From Dudresnaya verticillata (Eukaryota), in contig OZ374565.1 of the NCBI GenBank assembly GCA_977862235.1, positions 2,232,001 through 2,296,000 on the forward strand: a stretch of DNA of 64,000 nucleotides, written 5' to 3'. The position numbers and the translations under genes are program-made. The notes below the pieces were generated by a model. The model worked only from the letters and a program-made list of their open reading frames with translations. It was not told the origin of the DNA and ran no database searches. Of the stretch, positions 46,794 through 59,100 are shown in pieces. Each line of letters begins with the position of its first letter. Position 1 is the stretch's first letter.

Positions 46794-49700
46794 TACTGAG
46801 GTCTGAGGTGAGTTCAACTTTATAACAGGTGATCATATTCTAATATTTGTCGACGTACAATCTACTGTAGTATCACAACAAAGTTAAACCCCAACTCAAA
46901 ACAACTTGCACATCTACACCTCCTGTTGGATCCCTTCCATCAGGCACTTGACGTTGTTCTGCACCAGTCGCGCCGCGTGCCTGTGGAATAGAGCCGCTCG
47001 CGAAACACCGCGAGTTACCATGGCCCGAGAAGCCACAGTATCCGCCAACTCTTGCATGTACTTGTGCGCCTCCGGGTGCCAGCCACCTAGTGTGGTCATC
47101 GGCACCGGCACAAGTCTTGCCCCCGGTCCGGCAGCCTGGATGAAGCCACGGTAAGTCCGCACCTTGTCAGCGTGGGCGTTCTTCAGCGTCCCTTGCGGGT
47201 TTGTTATGCAGCTGAGAATGCGTTGTTCTGACGACAGTGGATGACTGATTGTGACGTCCAGGTAGTCCGTTCCTCCTTCTGTTCCAAGCGCCTTGATGTC
47301 CGGCCGATCCAGGTGAGCCCCCACAGGGCGGGGCTCCACAATCGGGGTGCGTGTCGCACGTTTCAGATCCGAAGCCAGCAGACGAACCTGAGAGTCGTGG
47401 CGCCACGACCGAGGAGATCCGCTGTTCCGCATGCCGTTCGGACAAATCAGCAGATGGTCGCCGTGAACATCCATCATCTTCTTGCACCCGGCCCGAGGAC
47501 ACTCCGTGTCGGGTTCCAGCAGTGGAATCCGACAGTAGAATCGAAGCCATACGCGGTAGTCCCGATCCGCAATGTACGTCTTCATGCCTGGTGCCGGCTG
47601 GCACTTGAGCCAGTCCTTGGCGCCCGGCGCGCCAAGGGAAGCTCGGAAAGCTTGCGTCCGCCTGTCCCCGAGCGGCAGCTCGGCTTGCACTTTCTTCAGT
47701 ACCAACCGCGTCAAGTCCCTCTGGCGTGGGCACTCGTCGCTGTCGATCTTCTCCAGGTCCAGAGCATCCTCACTATGGCACTTGGCGCTCCAGTCTTCGT
47801 GCGCTTCTACTGCAAAAGGATCGTCAGAAAGAGCAGTGTTCACAGAAGCGGGTAAGATAGAACGCAGTAAGTTGCGGGTCAGTGAAAGGGACGCCAAAAA
47901 CGCGCTCGAGTTCATGTCGCCAGCTCCCGAAATACCGATACCGAAGCTGGGCTCTTTCGTGCGCAGGGGAAGCTGAAGTTCGCGGAAGGTGTCCCTCGGT
48001 AGGACTCCTCCCACGAGCTTGCGCATGCAAGCCTCAATCTTCTGGTCGAAGAGCTCGGCGCCCTTCGCCGTGGCGGATGATGGAACTACTCGCAGCAGGT
48101 AGTTCAGCCGGCAGACTCCGGCACAGTTGCGGAGTAGAGTGATGGCCACGTGTAGGTCTTCTAGTCCCGAAATTGCGTCCAGCAGGGGCTGGATGGACTC
48201 GACATGGCCATTCACGCTCTCCTCCATGTAGTTCTGCGTTCCAATCGGAGCCTGAAGTACTGTAGTGCCTTCTCCGTAGCTCTGCCCAAGATCCGATGGG
48301 TAGGCAGCGCAGTCTTCTGGGTCGGGTGCAGTAGGCCACCAAACAGTACACTTGTCCATGCGCAGGTGGAAGCCATAGCCCTTAGCTTCCTCGGAGTCAA
48401 AGAAGGACAGAACCTTCCTGAGTACGGCGTGTTTCGCCACGATGACGCCGTCGTCCAGGTAGAACAGTGACAGCAGCAAGTTGTTCGCCCCCTCCGCTTG
48501 CTGATTGCGGCCCGAGCGCCGCAGGTCGGCGGTGAGTTCCTTCAACTGTTTGGTCAGTGCCTGCAGCACCAAAGCAAACAGTAACGGCCCGAGCGGGTCA
48601 CCTTGCTGTACACCAGTGACACTCCGCAGTAGAGTGTCACCCATCCACAGGTGCGGGCCCTCAGAGTCATAACAGAATCTGACCCACGGTAGTAGTTCAG
48701 GCATATGTCGGCGGACCTCCTTCATGAATGCTTTGCGGCTGACAAGGTTGAAGGCATTCTTCAAGTCCACTTGTAGCAACCCGTAGGACTTGTCATGGCC
48801 GTGAGACTTCTGCAGCTTCCGGACCGCGTGTACAATCGCTTCTGTGCCGCCCGAGGTTGCGACCCCGAGCTGAAGCGGTTCGAGGTATGCCTTGGCCTTG
48901 GGAGCGACTCTGGTCATGAGCATAGAGCTCACGAGTCGTCGGATTGTCTCTCCTACAGCAATGGGGCGGACACCGCCGGTGCGCTTCTTCAGAGCCGTGA
49001 GAGGAGCGCTGGCAATCCAAGGCGACAGCTCCGCAGGTCCTGCGCCGCTGGCCAGCACGTTGACCATTTTGGTGAGCCCGCCAAGCAGGCCCGTGTGCTC
49101 GTGAGTGGTCGGGACTGAGAGCAGTTCCTGCAGATGCGTCGGTGATAGTCCTGTGCCCCCCGAGGCCGAAGCCCGGGGGAACTTGGCCACTGCTTTTCGT
49201 ACTTCGTCGGCTGTGAAAGGCACAAAGTCAGGCATGGTCGGCAGCGGTTCGGACTGGTCAAGCTCGTGGTCCGCGTCGGTTTGCGGTACGGACTGTGGGT
49301 GCTTGTCCTTCATGGACTGTATCACAGAGTCTGTGGCTGGCGCGATTCCATCAGAGTCTAGAGCTGCTGCTGCCTTACTGTAGGCGCCCTCCTTTGCGAG
49401 GCGAAGGGCTCGTGAGGCGTTGATACGGCGTTGCTCTTCTGCGGAAGGCGCAGTCTGCTCACGGAATGTCGAGCCCTTCAAGGCCTCCTGCCATAGGGCG
49501 TCGTAATCCTTGAGTCCCCAGCGGCGGATTCGATCGCGGAAGGTGCCGATCGAGGACGCAGAGGTTGACGCGCCGGCCCTTGCACTCGCCGCGGGAGGAT
49601 TGGACAAGACGGCTGCTGGAAAAAGCAGGAATGCAGTGAGCTCTTTGGTGGCTTCCTGAGAGTTGTTTGCGTTCGTAAAAGCCCATACCGTCTTGGACAG

Positions 49701-51457
49701 TGCGTCGCGCACCTCTGCGCGGACGCGAGACGGTATATGTGTGACCATAGGGATATGCGAGCGACAGATATCTTCGACCGCCGGCAGAAGCTGCCCTCCT
49801 GGACCCCGCGCAGCGTGTCGGGTTTGCGCAGTTGGTACCACTTGAGTAGCTGGTACCGGTGCAGGAGGCGGCTCCTGGCTGTCCGGGATTCGTCGCGGGG
49901 CTGGCAGGATATCGTCCGCCGGCTCGCCGTCCTCGGGTTGCGTCTCCGTGACCGCGTCCAGAGCAGGAGTCTGTGATGGCGCGGCTACAGTTTCTTCACG
50001 GCTCGGTGTCGTCAATTGGTTGGACGGGACGTGGGAGAACGCCGGAGTGCGAGTGGCGGGACATGCGCTGCAATTCTTGTACCGCATACTGTACATGCCT
50101 TCACTGTTCATGCGGGAGCTACAGTGGGTAGGCATGTACTTGTTGTGAGTCACACAGTACCATACTCCATAGTCCAGGAGCTGCTGCTTGAGAGGCTCGA
50201 TGTCGGTCCTCGTCGGTGGTCCTCGCCTGCCAGGAACATGCATCTTCCGCAGGTGCATGAGTAGCGCTTCTACAGTAGGCAGTGAGGACGACTGGCAGCC
50301 CAGAGGACAGCTGGTACTGTTTGTCGGGCGGTGTTTTGCCGAAGGCATAAAGCATGGAGAGAGCCATACCTTCGGCATGTCGGGGTGCTGCTGACCAATC
50401 ATGGTTACAGCGCTGGGTAAGGTACCTGTAAAGGTCCTCTACAGTAGGTTCCCTCGGGGCACAGACCTCCTAACCGGGACGCAAGCCTGTCGTCCGTCGT
50501 CAGTCTGTTCGGGACACCTCCAGAGGGTGCTACAGGTGGCCTTGCTGCGAGATGAAGGCCTCTTCGCAGCGTAGGGCGTGAGATTGCGCAATTTGCGCAC
50601 GAGCTCGCGCAAAAGGGCGCACGTGTTAGCGTTCGCGCGTAGACTTATCGGACGTTCCCTTCCCTGCCGCAGCTGAGAAGAGTCTCTTCACTGCGGTCCT
50701 GTAACGCGCGGTACTTCTCGTTTGCACAAGCTCTCAATGGGGTCGCAGAACCACCGTTTACCTGTGAGTGCCCACAGGATTTTTGGCCTCCCCCGAAGGT
50801 TCGCTGGCAGGACGTTCGCTCGATCTTAGAAGGGGTGGTTTCAAAACAGGATCCACCAGGCTTAAGCCACGTTACCCCAACTTCGACGTTGCTTGGCACG
50901 TTTCTGCGATGAGCTTGTGGGTCACGAGCCGCCTACCACTCAAGGTCGAGGGTCTTTGGCGATTCCCACACTTGTAGGTCTCTCGGCACTTCCCGAAGGA
51001 AGATTTTACAGGACAAGCCTGGCCTTTACCAATCTGTCAGTTGAAGGGTGTGAAACCCCTCTGTCGACAGTCCACGGCAGCCTAGACAGAGTCTAGGCTG
51101 TGCCGGGTACAAGCAAAACGCGTACAGGGCCAGGGAAAGAAAGATAAGTCAGTGGGGCCCGGGCAAATTTCAAGGTGAGGGATCACCTTAAAAGTAAGCG
51201 CAAAATAGGAAACGCGTGACCGTCGGCGACGACGGCGGCGGCGACGGCGGCGACGACGACGGCGTCGCGGCGCAGATCGACGGCGCAAAAAGAGACAAAA
51301 GTAGACCGCGCTCGCCCGCCGTCAAAGGTGAAGGGCTGAAAAACCCCGCACCGACGCGCCGTCGCGCGCTCGAACAGGCGGCACCGCCGCCGAAAAGATC
51401 GGTGCAGAACTTGTTGAGATATCCGCGAAACAAAATTTTCGGCAGATCGCGAGGGAG
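46794..51457 (-). mobile_element. CRE-clade non-LTR retrotransposon, array unit 2
   Basis: Near-identical to unit 1, directly abutting head-to-tail. 5' end about 6 nt shorter. Confidence 0.95.
46914..50402 (-). CDS. CRE-type RT-RLE protein (1162 aa), unit 2
   Basis: Same motifs as unit 1; intact ORF. Confidence 0.97.
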   Translation of the reverse strand: MIGQQHPDMPKVWLSPCFMPSAKHRPTNSTSCPLGCQSSSLPTVEALLMHLRKMHVPGRRGPPTRTDIEPLKQQLLDYGVWYCVTHNKYMPTHCSSRMNSEGMYSMRYKNCSACPATRTPAFSHVPSNQLTTPSREETVAAPSQTPALDAVTETQPEDGEPADDILPAPRRIPDSQEPPPAPVPATQVVPTAQTRHAARGPGGQLLPAVEDICRSHIPMVTHIPSRVRAEVRDALSKTVWAFTNANNSQEATKELTAFLLFPAAVLSNPPAASARAGASTSASSIGTFRDRIRRWGLKDYDALWQEALKGSTFREQTAPSAEEQRRINASRALRLAKEGAYSKAAAALDSDGIAPATDSVIQSMKDKHPQSVPQTDADHELDQSEPLPTMPDFVPFTADEVRKAVAKFPRASASGGTGLSPTHLQELLSVPTTHEHTGLLGGLTKMVNVLASGAGPAELSPWIASAPLTALKKRTGGVRPIAVGETIRRLVSSMLMTRVAPKAKAYLEPLQLGVATSGGTEAIVHAVRKLQKSHGHDKSYGLLQVDLKNAFNLVSRKAFMKEVRRHMPELLPWVRFCYDSEGPHLWMGDTLLRSVTGVQQGDPLGPLLFALVLQALTKQLKELTADLRRSGRNQQAEGANNLLLSLFYLDDGVIVAKHAVLRKVLSFFDSEEAKGYGFHLRMDKCTVWWPTAPDPEDCAAYPSDLGQSYGEGTTVLQAPIGTQNYMEESVNGHVESIQPLLDAISGLEDLHVAITLLRNCAGVCRLNYLLRVVPSSATAKGAELFDQKIEACMRKLVGGVLPRDTFRELQLPLRTKEPSFGIGISGAGDMNSSAFLASLSLTRNLLRSILPASVNTALSDDPFAVEAHEDWSAKCHSEDALDLEKIDSDECPRQRDLTRLVLKKVQAELPLGDRRTQAFRASLGAPGAKDWLKCQPAPGMKTYIADRDYRVWLRFYCRIPLLEPDTECPRAGCKKMMDVHGDHLLICPNGMRNSGSPRSWRHDSQVRLLASDLKRATRTPIVEPRPVGAHLDRPDIKALGTEGGTDYLDVTISHPLSSEQRILSCITNPQGTLKNAHADKVRTYRGFIQAAGPGARLVPVPMTTLGGWHPEAHKYMQELADTVASRAMVTRGVSRAALFHRHAARLVQNNVKCLMEGIQQEV

Positions 51458-54400
51458 TACTGAGATCCTGAGGTCTGAGGTGAGTTCAACTTTATAACAG
51501 GTGATCATATTCTAATATTTGTCGACGTACAATCTACTGTAGTATCACAACAAAGTTAAACCCCAACTCAAAACAACTTGCACATCTACACCTCCTGTTG
51601 GATCCCTTCCATCAGGCACTTGACGTTGTTCTGCACCAGTCGCGCCGCGTGCCTGTGGAATAGAGCCGCTCGCGAAACACCGCGAGTTACCATGGCCCGA
51701 GAAGCCACAGTATCCGCCAACTCTTGCATGTACTTGTGCGCCTCCGGGTGCCAGCCACCTAGTGTGGTCATCGGCACCGGCACAAGTCTTGCCCCCGGTC
51801 CGGCAGCCTGGATGAAGCCACGGTAAGTCCGCACCTTGTCAGCGTGGGCGTTCTTCAGCGTCCCTTGCGGGTTTGTTATGCAGCTGAGAATGCGTTGTTC
51901 TGACGACAGTGGATGACTGATTGTGACGTCCAGGTAGTCCGTTCCTCCTTCTGTTCCAAGCGCCTTGATGTCCGGCCGATCCAGGTGAGCCCCCACAGGG
52001 CGGGGCTCCACAATCGGGGTGCGTGTCGCACGTTTCAGATCCGAAGCCAGCAGACGAACCTGAGAGTCGTGGCGCCACGACCGAGGAGATCCGCTGTTCC
52101 GCATGCCGTTCGGACAAATCAGCAGATGGTCGCCGTGAACATCCATCATCTTCTTGCACCCGGCCCGAGGACACTCCGTGTCGGGTTCCAGCAGTGGAAT
52201 CCGACAGTAGAATCGAAGCCATACGCGGTAGTCCCGATCCGCAATGTACGTCTTCATGCCTGGTGCCGGCTGGCACTTGAGCCAGTCCTTGGCGCCCGGC
52301 GCGCCAAGGGAAGCTCGGAAAGCTTGCGTCCGCCTGTCCCCGAGCGGCAGCTCGGCTTGCACTTTCTTCAGTACCAACCGCGTCAAGTCCCTCTGGCGTG
52401 GGCACTCGTCGCTGTCGATCTTCTCCAGGTCCAGAGCATCCTCACTATGGCACTTGGCGCTCCAGTCTTCGTGCGCTTCTACTGCAAAAGGATCGTCAGA
52501 AAGAGCAGTGTTCACAGAAGCGGGTAAGATAGAACGCAGTAAGTTGCGGGTCAGTGAAAGGGACGCCAAAAACGCGCTCGAGTTCATGTCGCCAGCTCCC
52601 GAAATACCGATACCGAAGCTGGGCTCTTTCGTGCGCAGGGGAAGCTGAAGTTCGCGGAAGGTGTCCCTCGGTAGGACTCCTCCCACGAGCTTGCGCATGC
52701 AAGCCTCAATCTTCTGGTCGAAGAGCTCGGCGCCCTTCGCCGTGGCGGATGATGGAACTACTCGCAGCAGGTAGTTCAGCCGGCAGACTCCGGCACAGTT
52801 GCGGAGTAGAGTGATGGCCACGTGTAGGTCTTCTAGTCCCGAAATTGCGTCCAGCAGGGGCTGGATGGACTCGACATGGCCATTCACGCTCTCCTCCATG
52901 TAGTTCTGCGTTCCAATCGGAGCCTGAAGTACTGTAGTGCCTTCTCCGTAGCTCTGCCCAAGATCCGATGGGTAGGCAGCGCAGTCTTCTGGGTCGGGTG
53001 CAGTAGGCCACCAAACAGTACACTTGTCCATGCGCAGGTGGAAGCCATAGCCCTTAGCTTCCTCGGAGTCAAAGAAGGACAGAACCTTCCTGAGTACGGC
53101 GTGTTTCGCCACGATGACGCCGTCGTCCAGGTAGAACAGTGACAGCAGCAAGTTGTTCGCCCCCTCCGCTTGCTGATTGCGGCCCGAGCGCCGCAGGTCG
53201 GCGGTGAGTTCCTTCAACTGTTTGGTCAGTGCCTGCAGCACCAAAGCAAACAGTAACGGCCCGAGCGGGTCACCTTGCTGTACACCAGTGACACTCCGCA
53301 GTAGAGTGTCACCCATCCACAGGTGCGGGCCCTCAGAGTCATAACAGAATCTGACCCACGGTAGTAGTTCAGGCATATGTCGGCGGACCTCCTTCATGAA
53401 TGCTTTGCGGCTGACAAGGTTGAAGGCATTCTTCAAGTCCACTTGTAGCAACCCGTAGGACTTGTCATGGCCGTGAGACTTCTGCAGCTTCCGGACCGCG
53501 TGTACAATCGCTTCTGTGCCGCCCGAGGTTGCGACCCCGAGCTGAAGCGGTTCGAGGTATGCCTTGGCCTTGGGAGCGACTCTGGTCATGAGCATAGAGC
53601 TCACGAGTCGTCGGATTGTCTCTCCTACAGCAATGGGGCGGACACCGCCGGTGCGCTTCTTCAGAGCCGTGAGAGGAGCGCTGGCAATCCAAGGCGACAG
53701 CTCCGCAGGTCCTGCGCCGCTGGCCAGCACGTTGACCATTTTGGTGAGCCCGCCAAGCAGGCCCGTGTGCTCGTGAGTGGTCGGGACTGAGAGCAGTTCC
53801 TGCAGATGCGTCGGTGATAGTCCTGTGCCCCCCGAGGCCGAAGCCCGGGGGAACTTGGCCACTGCTTTTCGTACTTCGTCGGCTGTGAAAGGCACAAAGT
53901 CAGGCATGGTCGGCAGCGGTTCGGACTGGTCAAGCTCGTGGTCCGCGTCGGTTTGCGGTACGGACTGTGGGTGCTTGTCCTTCATGGACTGTATCACAGA
54001 GTCTGTGGCTGGCGCGATTCCATCAGAGTCTAGAGCTGCTGCTGCCTTACTGTAGGCGCCCTCCTTTGCGAGGCGAAGGGCTCGTGAGGCGTTGATACGG
54101 CGTTGCTCTTCTGCGGAAGGCGCAGTCTGCTCACGGAATGTCGAGCCCTTCAAGGCCTCCTGCCATAGGGCGTCGTAATCCTTGAGTCCCCAGCGGCGGA
54201 TTCGATCGCGGAAGGTGCCGATCGAGGACGCAGAGGTTGACGCGCCGGCCCTTGCACTCGCCGCGGGAGGATTGGACAAGACGGCTGCTGGAAAAAGCAG
54301 GAATGCAGTGAGCTCTTTGGTGGCTTCCTGAGAGTTGTTTGCGTTCGTAAAAGCCCATACCGTCTTGGACAGTGCGTCGCGCACCTCTGCGCGGACGCGA

Positions 54401-56135
54401 GACGGTATATGTGTGACCATAGGGATATGCGAGCGACAGATATCTTCGACCGCCGGCAGAAGCTGCCCTCCTGGACCCCGCGCAGCGTGTCGGGTTTGCG
54501 CAGTTGGTACCACTTGAGTAGCTGGTACCGGTGCAGGAGGCGGCTCCTGGCTGTCCGGGATTCGTCGCGGGGCTGGCAGGATATCGTCCGCCGGCTCGCC
54601 GTCCTCGGGTTGCGTCTCCGTGACCGCGTCCAGAGCAGGAGTCTGTGATGGCGCGGCTACAGTTTCTTCACGGCTCGGTGTCGTCAATTGGTTGGACGGG
54701 ACGTGGGAGAACGCCGGAGTGCGAGTGGCGGGACATGCGCTGCAATTCTTGTACCGCATACTGTACATGCCTTCACTGTTCATGCGGGAGCTACAGTGGG
54801 TAGGCATGTACTTGTTGTGAGTCACACAGTACCATACTCCATAGTCCAGGAGCTGCTGCTTGAGAGGCTCGATGTCGGTCCTCGTCGGTGGTCCTCGCCT
54901 GCCAGGAACATGCATCTTCCGCAGGTGCATGAGTAGCGCTTCTACAGTAGGCAGTGAGGACGACTGGCAGCCCAGAGGACAGCTGGTACTGTTTGTCGGG
55001 CGGTGTTTTGCCGAAGGCATAAAGCATGGAGAGAGCCATACCTTCGGCATGTCGGGGTGCTGCTGACCAATCATGGTTACAGCGCTGGGTAAGGTACCTG
55101 TAAAGGTCCTCTACAGTAGGTTCCCTCGGGGCACAGACCTCCTAACCGGGACGCAAGCCTGTCGTCCGTCGTCAGTCTGTTCGGGACACCTCCAGAGGGT
55201 GCTACAGGTGGCCTTGCTGCGAGATGAAGGCCTCTTCGCAGCGTAGGGCGTGAGATTGCGCAATTTGCGCACGAGCTCGCGCAAAAGGGCGCACGTGTTA
55301 GCGTTCGCGCGTAGACTTATCGGACGTTCCCTTCCCTGCCGCAGCTGAGAAGAGTCTCTTCACTGCGGTCCTGTAACGCGCGGTACTTCTCGTTTGCACA
55401 AGCTCTCAATGGGGTCGCAGAACCACCGTTTACCTGTGAGTGCCCACAGGATTTTTGGCCTCCCCCGAAGGTTCGCTGGCAGGACGTTCGCTCGATCTTA
55501 GAAGGGGTGGTTTCAAAACAGGATCCACCAGGCTTAAGCCACGTTACCCCAACTTCGACGTTGCTTGGCACGTTTCTGCGATGAGCTTGTGGGTCACGAG
55601 CCGCCTACCACTCAAGGTCGAGGGTCTTTGGCGATTCCCACACTTGTAGGTCTCTCGGCACTTCCCGAAGGAAGATTTTACAGGACAAGCCTGGCCTTTA
55701 CCAATCTGTCAGTTGAAGGGTGTGAAACCCCTCTGTCGACAGTCCACGGCAGCCTAGACAGAGTCTAGGCTGTGCCGGGTACAAGCAAAACGCGTACAGG
55801 GCCAGGGAAAGAAAGATAAGTCAGTGGGGCCCGGGCAAATTTCAAGGTGAGGGATCACCTTAAAAGTAAGCGCAAAATAGGAAACGCGTGACCGTCGGCG
55901 ACGACGGCGGCGGCGACGGCGGCGACGACGACGGCGTCGCGGCGCAGATCGACGGCGCAAAAAGAGACAAAAGTAGACCGCGCTCGCCCGCCGTCAAAGG
56001 TGAAGGGCTGAAAAACCCCGCACCGACGCGCCGTCGCGCGCTCGAACAGGCGGCACCGCCGCCGAAAAGATCGGTGCAGAACTTGTTGAGATATCCGCGA
56101 AACAAAATTTTCGGCAGATCGCGAGGGAGTCGGAG
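51458..56135 (-). mobile_element. CRE-clade non-LTR retrotransposon, array unit 3
   Basis: Protein appears identical to unit 2, but both junctions differ. Confidence 0.95.
51586..55074 (-). CDS. CRE-type RT-RLE protein (1162 aa), unit 3
   Basis: Same motifs; intact ORF. Confidence 0.97.
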   Translation of the reverse strand: MIGQQHPDMPKVWLSPCFMPSAKHRPTNSTSCPLGCQSSSLPTVEALLMHLRKMHVPGRRGPPTRTDIEPLKQQLLDYGVWYCVTHNKYMPTHCSSRMNSEGMYSMRYKNCSACPATRTPAFSHVPSNQLTTPSREETVAAPSQTPALDAVTETQPEDGEPADDILPAPRRIPDSQEPPPAPVPATQVVPTAQTRHAARGPGGQLLPAVEDICRSHIPMVTHIPSRVRAEVRDALSKTVWAFTNANNSQEATKELTAFLLFPAAVLSNPPAASARAGASTSASSIGTFRDRIRRWGLKDYDALWQEALKGSTFREQTAPSAEEQRRINASRALRLAKEGAYSKAAAALDSDGIAPATDSVIQSMKDKHPQSVPQTDADHELDQSEPLPTMPDFVPFTADEVRKAVAKFPRASASGGTGLSPTHLQELLSVPTTHEHTGLLGGLTKMVNVLASGAGPAELSPWIASAPLTALKKRTGGVRPIAVGETIRRLVSSMLMTRVAPKAKAYLEPLQLGVATSGGTEAIVHAVRKLQKSHGHDKSYGLLQVDLKNAFNLVSRKAFMKEVRRHMPELLPWVRFCYDSEGPHLWMGDTLLRSVTGVQQGDPLGPLLFALVLQALTKQLKELTADLRRSGRNQQAEGANNLLLSLFYLDDGVIVAKHAVLRKVLSFFDSEEAKGYGFHLRMDKCTVWWPTAPDPEDCAAYPSDLGQSYGEGTTVLQAPIGTQNYMEESVNGHVESIQPLLDAISGLEDLHVAITLLRNCAGVCRLNYLLRVVPSSATAKGAELFDQKIEACMRKLVGGVLPRDTFRELQLPLRTKEPSFGIGISGAGDMNSSAFLASLSLTRNLLRSILPASVNTALSDDPFAVEAHEDWSAKCHSEDALDLEKIDSDECPRQRDLTRLVLKKVQAELPLGDRRTQAFRASLGAPGAKDWLKCQPAPGMKTYIADRDYRVWLRFYCRIPLLEPDTECPRAGCKKMMDVHGDHLLICPNGMRNSGSPRSWRHDSQVRLLASDLKRATRTPIVEPRPVGAHLDRPDIKALGTEGGTDYLDVTISHPLSSEQRILSCITNPQGTLKNAHADKVRTYRGFIQAAGPGARLVPVPMTTLGGWHPEAHKYMQELADTVASRAMVTRGVSRAALFHRHAARLVQNNVKCLMEGIQQEV

Positions 56136-59100
56136 GTCTGAGGTGAGTTCAACTTTATAACAGGGGACCATATTCTAATATTTGTCGACGTACAATCTAC
56201 TGTAGTATCACAACAAAGTTAAACCCCCAACTCAAAACAACTTGCACATCTACACCTCCTGTTGGATCCCTTCCATCAGGCACTTGACGTTGTTCTGTAC
56301 CAGTCGCGCCGCGTGCCTGTGGAATAGAGCCGCTCGCGAAACACCGCGAGTTACCATGGCCCGAGAAGCCACGGTATCCGCCAACTCTTGCATATACTTG
56401 TGCGCCTCCGGGTGCCAGCCACCTAGTGTGGTCATCGGCACCGGCACAAGCCTTGCCCCCGGTCCGGCAGCCTGGATGAAGCCACGGTAAGTCCGCACCT
56501 TGTCAGCGTGGGCGTTCTTCAGCGTCCCTTGCGGGTTTGTTATGCAGCTGAGAATGCGTTGTTCTGACGACAGTGGATGACTTATTGTGACGTCCAGGTA
56601 GTCCGTTCCTCCTTCTGTTCCAAGCGCCTTGATGTCTGGCCGATCCAGGTGAGCCCCCACCGGGCGGGGCTCCACAATCGGGGTGCGTGTCGCACGTTTC
56701 AGATCCGAAGCCAGCAGACGAACCTGAGAGTCGTGGCGCCACGACCGAGGAGAACCGCTGTTCCGCATGCCGTTCGGACAAATCAGCAGATGGTCGCCGT
56801 GAACATCCATCTTCTTCTTGCACCCGGCCCGAGGACACTCCGTGTCGGGTTCCAGCAGTGGGATCTGACAGTAGAATCGAAGCCATACGCGGTAGTCCCG
56901 ATCCGCAATGTACGTCTTCATGCCTGGTGCCGGCTGGCACTTGAGCCAGTCCTTGGCGCCCGGCACGCCAAGGGAAGCTCGGAAAGCTTGAGTCCGCCTG
57001 TCCCCGAGCGGCAGCTCGGCTTGCACTTTCTTCAGTACCAACCGCGTCAAGTCCCTCTGGCGCGGGCACTCGTCGCTGTCGATCTTCTCCAGGTCCAGGG
57101 CATCCTCACTATGGCACTTGGCGCTCCAGGCTTCGTGCGCTTCTACTGCAAAAGGATCGTCAGAAAGAGCAGTGTTCACAGAAGCGGGTAAGATAGAACG
57201 CAGTAAGTTGCGGGTCAGTGAAAGGGATGCCAAAAACGCGCTCGAGTTCATGTCTCCAGCTCCCGAAATACCGATACCGAAGCTGGGCTCTTTCGTGCGC
57301 AGGGGAAGCTGAAGTTCGCGGAAGGTGTCCCTCGGTAGGACTCCTCCCACGAGCTTGCGCGTGCAAGCCTCAATCTTCTGGTCGAAGAGCTCGGCGCCCT
57401 TTGCCGTGGCGGATGATGGAACTACTCGCAGCAGGTAGTTCAGCCGGCAGACTCCGGCACAGTTGCGGAGTAGAGTGATGGCCACGTGTAGGTCTTCTAG
57501 TCCCGAAATTGCGTCCAGCAGGGGCTGGATGGACTCGACATGGCCATTCACGCTCTCCTCCATGTAGTTCTGCGTTCCAATCGGAGCCTGAAGTACTGTA
57601 GTGCCTTCTCCGTAGCTCTGCCCAAGATCCGACGGGTAGGCAGCGCAGTCTTCTGGGTCGGGTGCAGTAGGCCACCAAACAGTACACTTGTCCATGCGCA
57701 GGTGGAAGCCATAGCCCTTAGCTTCCTCGGAGTCAAAGAAGGACAGAACCTTCCTGAGTACGGCGTGTTTCGCCACGATGACGCCGTCGTCCAGGTAGAA
57801 CAGTGACAGCAGCAAGTTGTTCGCCCCCTCCGCTTGCTGATTGCGGCCCGAGCGCCGCAGGTCGGCGGTGAGTTCCTTCAACTGTTTGATCAGTGCCTGC
57901 AGCACCAAAGCAAACAGTAACGGCCCGAGCGGGTCACCTTGCTGTACACCAGTGACACTCCGCAGTAGAGTGTCACCCATCCACAGGTGCGGGCCCTCAG
58001 AGTCATAACAGTATCTGACCCACGGTAGTAGTTCAGGCATATGTCGGCGGACCTCCTTCATGAATGCTTTGCGGCTGACAAGGTTGAAGGCATTCTTCAA
58101 GTCCACTTGTAGCAACCCGTAGGACTTGTCATGGCCGTGAGACTTCTGCAGCTTCCGGACCGCGTGTACAATGGCTTCTGTGCCGCCCGAGGTTGCGACC
58201 CCGAGCTGAAGCGGTTCGAGGTATGCCTTGGCCTTGGGAGCGACTCTGGTCATGAGCATAGAGCTCACGAGTCGTCGGATTGTCTCTCCTACAGCAATGG
58301 GGCGGACACCGCCGGTGCGCTTCTTCAGAGCCGTGAGAGGAGCGCTGGCAATCCAAGGCGACAGCTCCGCAGGTCCTGCGCCGCTGGCCAGCACGTTGAC
58401 CATTTTGGTGAGCCCGCCAAGCAGGCCCGTGTGCTCGTGAGTGGTCGGGACTGAGAGCAGTTCCTGCAGATGCGTCGGTGATAGTCCTGTTCCCCCCGAG
58501 GCCGAAGCCCGGGGGAACTTGGCCACTGCTTTTCGTACTTCGTCGGCTGTGAAAGGCACGAAGTCAGGCATGGTCGGCAGCGGTTCGGACTGGTCAAGCT
58601 CGTGGTCCGCGTCGGTTTGCGGTACGGACTGCGGGTGCTTGTCCTTCATGGACTGTATCACAGAGTCTGTGGCTGGGGCGATTCCATCAGAGTCTAGAGC
58701 TGCTGCTGCCTTACTGTAGGCGCCCTCCTTTGCAAGGCGAAGGGCTCGTGAGGCATTGATACGGCGTTGCTCTTCTGCGGAAGGCGCAGTCTGCTCACGG
58801 AATGTCGAGCCCTTCAAGGCCTCCTGCCATAGGGCGTCGTAATCCTTGAGTCCCCAGCGTCGGATTCGATCGCGGAAGGTGCCGATCGAGGACGCAGAGG
58901 TTGACGCGCTGGCCCTTGCACTCGCCGCGGGAGGATTGGACAAGACGGCTGCTGGAAAAAGCAGGAATGCAGTGAGCTCTTTGGTGGCTTCCTGAGAGTT
59001 GGTTGCGTTCGTAAAAGCCCATACCGTCTTGGACAGTGCGTCGCGCACCTCGGCGCGGACGCGAGACGGTATATGTGTGACCATAGGGATATGCGAGCGA

